From positions 8,370,001-8,434,000 of the forward strand of contig CM102287.1 of assembly GCA_046563655.1 (NCBI GenBank): a stretch of 64,000 bases of DNA, given 5' to 3'. The DNA comes from Yuukianura sp. NJ FZ-2021 (Eukaryota). Position 1 is the first letter of the stretch, and the number at the start of each line of letters is the position of its first letter. The notes under the pieces are model-generated. The model saw only the letters and a list, made by a program, of their open reading frames with translations. It was not told where the DNA came from and searched no databases. Below, piece by piece: positions 39,901 through 51,599 of this stretch. The position numbers and the translations under genes were made by a program.

Positions 39901-42888
39901 TTGCACGGTGGTTGGGCTGGAAGCGGTCCCACGGTCCTTATGCTCCAACCTAATGATTATCAAGAACTAATGGACCTTTTAGAAGGCAAACCAATTACAA
40001 TTTCACAGAAACCTAGAAACCTGTTTTTCTGCACATGGACGCTCTAATTTGGGTTTACTGTTCAGAAAAGTGTGTGAAACTGTTCAAACAGACCTTCTCC
40101 GTATGACCTTTGATGAGGAAGTGATCCTCGCAGGGAGAAAGCAAACGCTTCACAACCCTCTACAATTCAAGTGAAAGCATTTTCGCGTGTTGCGGAGTCC
40201 CCAACCCAAGCGCGGTTGCGAAAAGCAGTTCTCTCTTTAGCATTCCCGGACGCTTTTGGACGCTGAAATCTGGACTAGCTCCTGGACAGAAGCTTAGGAA
40301 CCATAACGTTATGAACGTATAACATTAACCTAGTAAGTTTCTAAACTTAAACTATCCATGTCGTTGGGAAGTTTCCGTCCAAGAGCGTTCATTGTTCGTT
40401 TCTAAGGACGCTTCAGCGGAGAGTCGCGATCCTTTTGATGTACCCCTTTCAACCGAATCAACAAATTTCGCAAAACAATTTTCTGGAGGAACGCAATTTC
40501 CGAACATCTAAAATGAATCTTTCAATCACCTAAAAGTGTTTACCAGGAGATAAATTCATTGGAACTTTGTTAAGATACGTAGTAGCAGCATTGGTCTCTA
40601 TGTTAGCACGAAACAGCAATTTTCAAAGCCTTTTGATCTGACGTGATTTGACATAAAGACAACTTTCTAAAGAGTCTTTTGATCCAAACCCGAGAAAATT
40701 CAGTTTTAGAGAAAAGCATTCGTTAAAGTTCACAATGGTTCTGATTTCAAACCAGAATCGGATATTAGACATAAGTTTTTGTACAGAAAGAAAGCAAACG
40801 GAAATTTCCCACGATCCAATTAAGTTATTAAGTTACGTAAGTAAAAATAGTCATGATGTTACATATGTAATCTGTAAATTACAGGCTGTAATCTATGGCG
40901 GGAAATCCTCATGGAACACTTTCCAGAAAGAAAGATTACTTTTTATGAGGTTAATTTACTTTTTGAAAAATGAAAAATAGGGGATATGAACACTAAAATT
41001 GGATTTAAGAAAGTAGGTTGTGAAGAAAAAGTGATAGATTTGACATGATTCAATTTGACTATAAACGTTCGGTAATACAAAAGAGAAAATCATTCATTTC
41101 CCCTCTTTTCGAAAATTTTCCAGAATTCGGGAAGATCTATCTTTTGGTTTTTTGAAAACGTAATAAAAATTGACAACTTAGTCATAGTCAGCCACAAAGT
41201 GACTTTTATTTCATTATTCTTCTCAAACGTACATTTTTTTTTCTTAAAGTGAAAGTATAAGAAGTTTCAATTTTTCAAAAAGCATGGATTGTATGCTCTA
41301 ATTTAATTTTTTGAAGATGAATGCTTCCATTTTAGTTTTGAGACGCTTTGTCAAACCATTACTTTCACGAACTTATTAACTCTTCTCTATCCTCTACCCC
41401 TTGGGGTGTGAAACATGATTCCAAAAATACTTTTTTTTTGGAAACGTTATTAAAAATATTGCAGGGTTGTCAGGAATTGGACCAGTTAATTTAATTTTGG
41501 AAAAAGTGAACATGGCATTAAAAACTGTCTGCTTTCACTTTCCAAAATTTGAAACCATTTCTGTAATAAGAGGTAGGAAACGAAGCGAACATCAATTTAC
41601 TGAAACGAGGTTAGAGAGTTTGGAAATTGCGAGATGATCCGAAATTAAGCTGGACTTAACCCAGTCTTTGTAACCTGCAAAGTTATGAATTTTAAAATAT
41701 TTTTTAAATTGAAATTTCGACGGAAAGTAGAAAGCTCTGATTTTTGTGCAAGAACTATCCGTATTATTATGCGAAGCAAAAAGGTTCCACATTTTCCCCT
41801 TCACTTGCTTCCCGATCCCGATCCCGCCCAAAAGGTAAAATATTCATAGCCATAAGCAATATTTGGAAGCGTCACTTCGATTTGGCGCGAATGAGAAAAA
41901 CAATTTGAATTTGTTGTTTGCTCTATTTTCGTCTGTTCATTTTTGAATTTTGATTTTTTTTGCGTCTCTTTTATCTTGGAAATCGGAGATTGCGAAACCA
42001 AAGTGCGAGTCTCTGATTCATTCATTCGTTCTCGGATTTAGTCGACAGAAAAACGTTTCGTCCAAACCTCCAAATTGTGACGTTGGTATGATACGTTTGT
42101 TACATATTAAGTGGTTAAGTCGACTAAATTAAGCCCAGTTACTAGTAAATTACATTTGTTCACAGGCTAGGTACTAATTGACGATTGGCAAGAGGGACTT
42201 CCTGGTAGTCCATTTCCTGATACGGAAACCGGTAAGGTGCTTTTCAAAACCGATGACCGTCTTGTTTGTAATGAAGAATTGATGTTGTACTGAGAATAAT
42301 GGATGCTGCAGCTGATCTTTGATTTCGAGGTGAGTGAACTTTTTGCCAGAAGTGTTACATAAATGGCTTCTATCAATTTCAATTCGCTTTATAGTTCTGC
42401 GGAATGCTTATAAGTAGTTCTTGTTGCCGGGTTAACGAACACCTATGTAGCATTTATTAAAAATGACATTCTTCTTTACTTGTTTAGGTGCTGCATGTGC
42501 ATGCGTACAAGCGTACTGCTTGCTTTACGATTAAATTTCATTTGTGGGGTTACATTTTTGTGAAACAATCATGCCTCTTGTGGGGGTCGGGCCGGAAGAC
42601 TCCGGGCTTGATTGAAACAATTATGTAACACCACAAGAACGAATTACTCGTATACTGCATTGCTGATTGTCACATCATTTCAGTGGAAGTCACTTAGCAG
42701 TCGAGCACCTCGAAATCGAAGTCTAGTTACGAAGTTACCGAATTTTAAGGTAAATTTTAAGGCATTGTAAACGTTCAAAGTATAAATGAGATATTCTTTG
42801 CATAAACCAATACAGAAGAGACAATCCTTATTCTAATCTACTATTGAAGTCTAATGAAAATGCCTATGGTTTGTTGATTTCAGTTTCA

Positions 42889-45206
42889 ATGTCTTCTGCT
42901 TCTTCACACAGTGATCAACGAGGAATCGCAGGCAGTTCAGGTTATGAAGGTGGTGGGGACAAAAAACGACTGAAACTGGAACCCCAACATTTCGACGTCG
43001 ACGACGACAGTGGTCTCGACGATTATGATGATATTGCTGAACCGGACGATGGTGAAGACGGCGCCGGCGGAGACGATGTATATAACGACGATGTGTATAG
43101 TGCGGTCTGCAAAGATCAGCGTTCTCTTTCTGAACGATGCTTCGGACCACCGTTCCAGTATTGGGTTCTAAATGCTCGAGAAACCTATCATCAGATGGTT
43201 TCCTGCATTACTGAAGTAAGTTTATTTTGAATAGTAGAAAGCAATTGCAACCTTGTGACGCTAATAATAATTTCACGTTCTTTGCCAGTGCCAAAAGATT
43301 CTAGCACACTCACCAACAACTGTTCGGCTCCTGCTGAATCATCGAAGCTGGGACATTGGAAAACTCTATGACGACTATTACGGTTCTGACATGATAGCTA
43401 TCTTCAGTTCTGCTGGAATTCCAGACCCTTCAATTACTACGCCGGACGTTAATAAGCTGCCAGCCCCGTCAGACTGTGACATTTGTTTTGCCTCTCTCCG
43501 TCCAGGGGTAAGTTACGCATTCTGCAGATACTTGTCGAGGAGAGACACTTTTATTTTTCAGTTGCTAACTCAAAGAGATAAACAATTAAACAGCAATAGA
43601 TTAAATTCGATTTTTTCTTTATTTACAGAATTTTTGTACAGCAAAGTGCGGTCACTCATTCTGTAATGATTGCTGGAGAAGTTACCTCCTATCAAAAGTA
43701 ATGAATAGCGCAGGGCAAGAGAAGATTGAATGTCCAGCCCAATCATGCAAATGCTTTCTGGAAGATGAGTTTGTAATCGAGAACCTCGCCACTGTTCATG
43801 CTCAAGAAGTTTACAAAAAACAAATTACTGAGAGCTACGTCCAGGTTTGTATTACCTAATTATCAACATTTGGATCAATAGTTATTTATAGCCTAACATG
43901 TTTTGTTTAGTCTAATCGACGAATGTGCTGGTGCCCGGGAGCGAATTGTTCCGGACATGTGATCGAGCTTGAACAAGGATCGTCTAATTGGTGTCCAGTT
44001 ACCTGCTCTTGTTCTCATTTCTTTTGCTTTCACTGCCGAGAACAATGGCATGGACCTGTTACTTGCAAGTACCTCAAAAAATGGAACAAAAAGTGTGCTG
44101 ACGACTCAGAAACTGTGAATTGGATTTCAGTTAATACGAAGGTGAGTTGAATTTTGATTAGAGTTGTAGTTTCTAGTATGCTCCGCATTCTACAAATTCA
44201 CGGAATTGTTTTCAGAGATGTCCAAAGTGCGAAGCGCCAATTGAGAAAAATGGAGGATGTAATCACATGCAGTGCTCAAACACTGCTTGTCGTCATCATT
44301 TTTGCTGGATTTGCTTGGGAGACTGGAATTCTCACAATCGAGACAAGTAAGAAACTAAAGTACTTGCCATATAAAATGGTGCTAACAAGACAGAAATGCT
44401 AACTACCATCGTTCTTTCAATTTTCTTTTAAGTAGTTATAACTGCAACCGATTTCCAGAAAACCACGAGGAAATCACTTCCGCAAATGCTGCCCGGGAAA
44501 ACTCGTTGAAGCGCTACTTGTTCTACTTTGATCGATATTACAATCATCACAAAAGTCTCGTATGTTATACTTGTAATCAGCTTTTGTATGTCCACATTTT
44601 GTTAATCGTGAATACTTTTAATTAATAACTTAGAAATCGGAGAATACACTTGTTGAGAAGATTGAGGCCAAGATCGCAGAGTATACGTCGCTTGGTGTGG
44701 CCAGTTCTCATGATCTCTATTTCATGAACAAAGTGAGCATCAACATTTTGGTTCGCAATTCTAATTACAGATAATGTTTTCAATCGCTGTTTACAGGCAG
44801 TTCAAGTTCTGTGCCAATGTCGGCAGACGCTTATGTACACGTATGTCTTTGCGTATTACCTGTCTCGAAACAACAACGCCACAATTTTTGAAGACAACCA
44901 AAGTGATCTCCAGAGAGCCACTGAGGAATTATCTGAGCATCTTGAACGTGACCTTGTATACGAGAAAGAAGCTTTGGAAACCTTGAAAAAAATCGTAAGT
45001 GTATTAGAACTTTGCATAAAAATGAAACTTTTCAAAACCGCTTTTCGAAAAGCAGTTTTTTTTTTAAGTTTCGGAATTTGGATTTTCAGGTCATGCACAA
45101 GACTAACTACTGCGAGAGTCGTTGCGCAGTTCTACTCAAACACGTTTACGAAGGTTACGATGAAGGTTACTGGACTTACATTGATTCTCAAACTGGTACT
45201 GGATGA
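42889..45206 (+). CDS. ari-1: Ariadne-family RBR E3 ubiquitin ligase (ARIH1/ari-1-like)
   Basis: Acidic N-terminus and UBA-like [14 protein letters not shown]1 CDIC...[10 protein letters not shown]...[18 protein letters not shown]...[25 protein letters not shown]2 [19 protein letters not shown]...FCWICL with the catalytic Cys intact. Ariadne domain [14 protein letters not shown]...[15 protein letters not shown]...[18 protein letters not shown]. Confidence 0.93.
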
Positions 45207-46302
45207 TGGACATCAAGTTTGATGTTTTCGCAATACAAGGACAAGGACACGGAGGGTAACACAGGATGACGAAGTGCAAGTATTTATTCCTCCACATTTT
45301 TTGCATTTAAAAACTTCATTTTTACTATTTCTAAATTACTATTTTCGTGATTCGCCAAGCGGATTAGAACATAAAATTTTGCTTTTCAAATATGAATTTT
45401 CATTGAAAATCCTTTGCTTATTAAAAGTTCAACGAAAGAACTTGCTTAGCTTTCACTTGCTTCCTGTCTCTATTGACACTTTCCATAAAATTTTGATGAG
45501 GAAAGAGGGAGAGGGTGGATATCTTTGTTTTGCATTTGCTTTCCTGGTTGAGAGACTTTTAGAAAGGTGGGGTGAAATAAAAGTTTTTTCACCTGTCCGC
45601 TTTACACAAAAGTTTCCCAAGCAAATATGCATGCCAAAGCAATAACCAAGAATTGGACGGTTGGTGGGGACGTTGGCACTTGGCATCGTCAGTTGAAGAG
45701 TAAAGTGGACTTGTATTGTTAAGGCTTTTAGATTGATGATTAAGTCCAACTGTCCCTGTCCAACTAGAGTCTTCCGGTCATGCAGGGTATATCTTTCGGT
45801 TAGGACTAAAAAATCAAGCAAAAGGCGAATGCTTGAGTCAGTCCTTATAAACTACGACAGGCCTTGCGGGCAGTTTCTACTTTACTGAGCAACACACGCA
45901 ACAAAAAGCATATTTTTTTTAACCCGTTCTTGTTTTTGTATTAGTATTTCACAGGTACTATGTTATGTACAACATTTGAAAGACTCATCTTTTGAGGTCT
46001 TGAGGGCTCTTGGATTCTTCACTTTCCATTTTTTTTTCACTACTTACGTGCAATTAGTCAGCAAAGTTGATTGAAAATTCTTGAATTGTGACTGTTACAG
46101 TGAAGATATTCAGATTTGATGATTTCATTTTTATTATCGATTCAGTTTGTTTCTTGATTTCAAGTTGTTGCGTGATTTGGCGCGATAGGGGGAAGCCTAA
46201 TTTTATGTGCTAAAAGGTTGAGCAGCATTTGTGTCTTAACTTGACCGAGTGACATTGCGGCGACAGTTTTGCAGGCACCGAAGGAATTTATAGGTTGAAA
46301 AG

Positions 46303-49300
46303 ATGACGCTGCTTTTGATCTTGCTATTTTTCTTGTCAACTACAAATGGGCTTGCTTATGAGCACCAAGGAATTGGGGCACGCTACGCTCTGACGATAGA
46401 CGAATTCTTGCAGCAGAACCCCGAAGTGGATCGCGTAAGTTTAGGAAAATTCAATTGCTGTTCAAAGATTTTCAAGATTTCAAATTGTTTTACGAAAACA
46501 TATCTTCGTTGGTCGAATCTGTATTGTTTTGGACGTTTTTTTAATTTTAGCTTTTTCCTTTTCAGTTTATGAACTTGATCCGGTATCACTCTTACTTCAA
46601 CAATACTCTGCATTGGAAATCGGGGACGCTGTTTGTACCAAATAATACTGCGGTGGAAGAGTACTTGAAGTTTCATGATGACAGAATTGATGACAATACG
46701 CTCATTTACCATTTTAGTAAGTTTTGAAACTAATCTTTTTTTTTCGTAAATTTTGATTTCGAAAAGTTTTCTGTGTAATAATTTTGTTCTGTTTCTTAGC
46801 AAATATCCAGACAACGAGCCACGAAATGGACGAATTCATCTCATCTGACCTGCCAAGAAATCCGCCAATTTGGGTGACGACGAGGAATTCGGATCTGTTT
46901 CTAAATGATGCTCAAGTGATCAAGAGAGATCTCAGAATTCGGATTGGATCTGACCATGTTGTTCATACGCTTGATCGTGTCCTGATTCCGACTGTTCCAA
47001 ATTCAGCTTCCGGTGGATCCGACATGAATAATCCGGATGCCAAGAAGTTCCTAAGCGCCTCCAGTGCCTACAACACAACCGGTGGATTCCAGATTTCGTA
47101 AGTTTTTCAATTTCAAAATCTTTGGAATTTATTTTGGAGGTATAAGTTTTATTTTACGTTTTAAAGCTTATATTTTGATTGGTTGCAGCGATTTTGTGAC
47201 GCGAGTGGCAGCACTGAAGCGATTGGAGTTGTACCATAACGTAGGGAAGCACACGTTTTTCATTCCTATCAACAGTGTTAGCCAGGTAAAAGTGAAAAGC
47301 ATTTTTTTTTTTGCAATTTTTTCTCCAAAGGTTTCAGAATTCTTGTTTATAGATTTCGTTTTAAAAATATTTTTGCAGCGAGCCAATATTCACAACATCG
47401 ACAACAAAGTGATCGAAGGTCACATCATTCCCGGTCAAATTTTGTTCCTGCCATCAGCGCCTTTAAATGAGCCATTTCAAACTCTGACTTACGTGTCCAA
47501 CGATCCAGCCTTCGCTTTCCAAAACTTTCCTATTTACATTTCCATTGAAAATCTGAATCGGACGGATGTGGAAACATGTAAGTTGTGACTCATAACATAA
47601 ATTATTTGGTCGAGTGAGTTGATTCAGGCTATTTTTGTATTCCAAAAGAATTAATGTACCATAATTATTGCGAATGACAATTGCAATTCTATTGTAATTT
47701 TTCAGGGAATATCATCAGTGACAACCGAATAGACGATTTGACGTCCGGGACGAGGTACCGGAAAGGCAAAGTTCATTCTGAAGTTGTGCGTGGAAATATT
47801 CCAGTGAGGAATGGTGTGATTCATCTCATCAAGCGTCCACTTGTAATTATTGACACTACGATTTATGAAGTTCTTCAGGTATTCCAATGAAGTTATTACT
47901 CATTTATTGTAAAATCAATCCGCAAGAGAAAGGCTTTATTTTTGATACTTTTAGGCTCATGGGAATGAAGATGGAGGACAAATGCACGAATTTTTCCGAA
48001 TTATTAACGACTTTGGACGTCATACTGGAATTCATGAGCTTCTTCAGCGGCGAGATAATCGAAAGCTGACGCTGTTCGTACCTACAAATGAAGTAATTAA
48101 AAATGTTGATAGTTATTCACAGAAATGGTTTTGTGTTAAACTTTAGATATGTTTTCTTTTAGGCTTTGGCGAGATCCAGAAGTTTCGTAAATATTTTGAC
48201 GAATCGGACAGCTTTAACGGAAATTTTGAGACTGCATGTCGTTGAAGAAGAACTCACAAGCGATTTCATTTTCAACAGAAGCTTGCAAACGGTAATGATG
48301 AAGAACATCTACCTTCGTTTTATTTTCAAATTTTAACTGTCGATCGTAGGAAAACTTTCGAACGGCGTTTTTGAATATAAAATTTTTGTTTCAAAAATGG
48401 GGTGTAATGTTATGTGTCTTCTTTTTCTAGAACGCACCTCTCGAAATATTCACAACGAGACCCAACTGGAAGCTTTACTTCACGATTGCCCGAGATGGGA
48501 ATAAGAGAGTTATCCAGGTCGAAGGGGGTGGGACAAGTGGCGCCATTTTGACCACCGTTGACATCGGAGCCACGAATGGTAAGTGTTACTTTTCTTCCAT
48601 TTCACTTAAAGGAGCGTTCACTTTATAAATGTCTTTTTATAGGTGTTGTCCACATGATTAACCGTGTCCTCGGCGTCGAAGATCAAACAATGTACGAGAA
48701 GCTTCAGACGGAGTACATGCTGGAGTAAGAGTCCAATACTTGCAAATATACTGTTCTGGAACCTTCTAGTTTTTGAAACATTCTTATTCTAACTGCTGCT
48801 TGTTATTTTTAGATCAACGTTTCGCCTGTCTACTCAGAATTTCTACAATGAAAGGTTCAAGGATGAAACGAAACGCTATACCTTCTTCGCTCCAAGCAAC
48901 GCAGCCTGGGATAAATTCGGACTAAAGTATCCTAATGATCAATCCAAATTATTCCAAGGCGGACACAGTTCTGGAAACATTTTGGATCGGCATCTAATCA
49001 TTGGACAAGACATGACTATTGAAGATCTCAAGAATTTCTCATCTTCTTACGGCGGAAGTTTTGGAATAAGAAACACTATTCCTACGTATTCTGACCACAT
49101 CCGTGTAGCTTCTATCCAGGATCCGGATTGGGTACAGGTCAAAGAATCCTATGGACAAGGCGGCAGTTACAGCCAAAGTTCTGCATCGACTTATGGATCA
49201 AGGCAACAACCTTCCGGACGTGTCTACGGAGACTACAAATATGTCATCTTTTGGCGTGGTTATGAATGTTACGTTGTACGACCCAATATCAAGACGACAA

Positions 49301-49470
49301 ATGGGATTATTCATATAATCGACTATCCACTGATAGTTCCAAGCGACGTTGTCGCCAAAGGGAGTCATTTAGTTCCTATCCGGTGGACCATCCTAACAAC
49401 TTCATTCCTATCAATATCTTTACTCCTCGCAGAAACAGGCTCTCTCATGCCTGCTACGCTAAAACTTTAA
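46303..49470 (+). CDS. Fas1: Fasciclin-1-like cell adhesion protein, paralog D
   Basis: Signal peptide MTLLLILLFFLSTTNG. Motifs GTLFVPNNTA, VVHTLDRVL, HTFFIPIN, GNIPVRNGVIHLIKRPLVIIDTT, LTLFVPTNE, DIGATNGVVHMINRVL, YTFFAPSNAAW, TTNGIIHIIDYPL. Hydrophobic tail WTILTTSFLSISLLL. AATAAA at 49716. Confidence 0.9.
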
Positions 49471-49749
49471 AATTAATTTTGAACATTTGTTTTAAAAAGA
49501 CATCAAATTTTAAGACTGTTAACAAAGGACATCACACCTGTAGCTTGTAATCTACTTAAACTAGTGAATTTTGTACTTTAAGTGATTGCCCAGTACTTAC
49601 CCACGTTAAATGCACAGCAGTTAATAAGTTAGTTTAGATTTTACACATAACTAGCTAAGAACTGAAAAGGCTAAAGAAATTCACTAGAATTCACTAGAAG
49701 ACTAATTAAATGAACAATAAAAAAATTAATTTCACAAAAGAAGTTATTT

Positions 49750-51177
49750 TGCAAATTTTTAATGCCAAATTATGCGAAAAGATGCTTGGGAACTTGAGCC
49801 GGGCGATGTAGTTGCAGAAATCGCTGAAAGTATAAATTTTGTACAGTGTTTTACATAGGACGTCTTCGAGAGAGTCAAAATTTAGATCGGAGATTATACG
49901 GAGAGAAGAGGCAGGTAACGCTCCGTCCTTTGTTCACTGCAGGAGAGGCGAGTTGCGGGAAAAAGTTGAGAGAGGGAGAGGAACCTTTTTGGTCCGCATA
50001 ATCTCCTGTCAACTCGGACAGTCTCCCAGCAGCTTCCTTAACAAAACAATACAAAATCTCTCTCCAAAATTCTATAAAACTTTGGAAATCTAAATCTCAG
50101 GAATGGAATGCGTTTGAGAGCTCATCTCTTCGCTACTAAATTCAGAACAGTCTAAAGTATTTTTCAAATTTCAAAAACTTCAAAAACAATCAAAAAAATT
50201 TCAATCGATTTTCGAAAAAGATGGTAATTTTATCAGCTTTTTCATGCGTTTTTCAACAAAATTTTGGCACCAGCATACTCTAAATGTTGTTTTGCAATGT
50301 GAGCTGAATGGTGGCGTCGCAGAAATCACTGCAAAGTTGCAATTTTTAAAAATTTCTAAACACGGAAGATGATGAGTCTATTTGTATGTGGAACTGAAAA
50401 AGTTGAGAGAAAAAGTGACAACTTTTGTATGGATTAATCCCCAAACTTTTCTTCCATTCAAACTTATTTCCATTCAAAAGATTTCAAAATTCAGAAAACT
50501 TTGAAAATTCGCATCTCGGGAACAGAATGCTCTCGAGTGCTGATCTCTTCGCAATTAAATTTAGAATTACATAAAGTATTTTTCAAAATTAAAAAACCCT
50601 AAAAAGCGAACACAAAGTTTCTGACCGATTTTTGAAAAAATACAAAGACTATAGTCTTCCCATTTTTTCAAATTTCAACAAAATTTTGAAGGTGAGTTTT
50701 TTGCAAAATTTTTGTTCCAAATTATGCGAATTGATGTTTTGCAATGTGAGCTGGCCGATGGGGTCACAGAAATCGCGAAAAAGTTGAAATTCTGCAAAGA
50801 TTTTCTGCAAACTTGCAAAAAAATTATTTTCGTTTTTGAACGTTTTTGAATTTTGCAAAATACTTTAGACTATTCTGAATTAATTCGCGAAGAGATCAAA
50901 TCTTCAGAGCGTTTCGTTTCAGAGATATGAATTTTCAAAAATTTTTGGTTTTTTGAATTTTCGAAAAAGAATTGCTGTGAGAAGTTGATGGTTCCTCTCG
51001 AAAACTGTCCGGAGCTATGCGGGGATCGTACGAGTCAGAAAGGCTCCCTGCCCTTTTTCCTCCCTTCAACTTTTTCCCGCGACTCGAATTTTCATTCACA
51101 GCAGCGAAGGGCAGCCTGCCTCTTCCCGCCGTACGATAGCCTACTACTTTTTTGTCCGAAAGCTGATTCTTCTCGAG
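49750..51177. mobile_element. Degenerate foldback/MITE-like element: long imperfect inverted arms plus internal direct repeats
   Basis: Arm ~49865-50190 (gaagaggcagg...gcgggaaaaagttga...atctcttcgc...ttcagaacagtctaaagtattttt) is reverse-complementary to ~50830-51177 (aaaatactttagactattctgaa...gcgaagagatc...tcaactttttcccgc...cctgcctcttc). 50090-50345 recurs directly at ~50510-50790 and partly at 49750-49840. Confidence 0.75.
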
Positions 51178-51599
51178 TGAATTGATCCAACGAATTAAGT
51201 CAATTAAAATTTCAACAACTTGATTAATCAATTAATTTTTAAGAAACTTTCCAATAAATTAAGGTAAGAGAAGAGTCAGTAAGTTTTTATTGTAAGCTTC
51301 TTCATCATCCAGTATAAATAGGCAACAAAATATAAAACGCAAACGCACATTAATTAAAGTGAACAATTAGATTCTATGAAAATATATTAAAACTCTAAAG
51401 TACTAAAAGGCCTCCGCAGTAGATTTTCGTTGATGGAATGATTTCTGATCGTCAAAATGTCCTCGCCTTTTGGATTTACAAAACTTTTCTAGAAAATCCT
51501 CCCTCCTGTCCAATTTTTTTTCGTAATTATGATTTGATCAACAGTATTTAGCACAAAATTCATTAAAAACTTAACACTATTTCATCAACCGTCACTATT

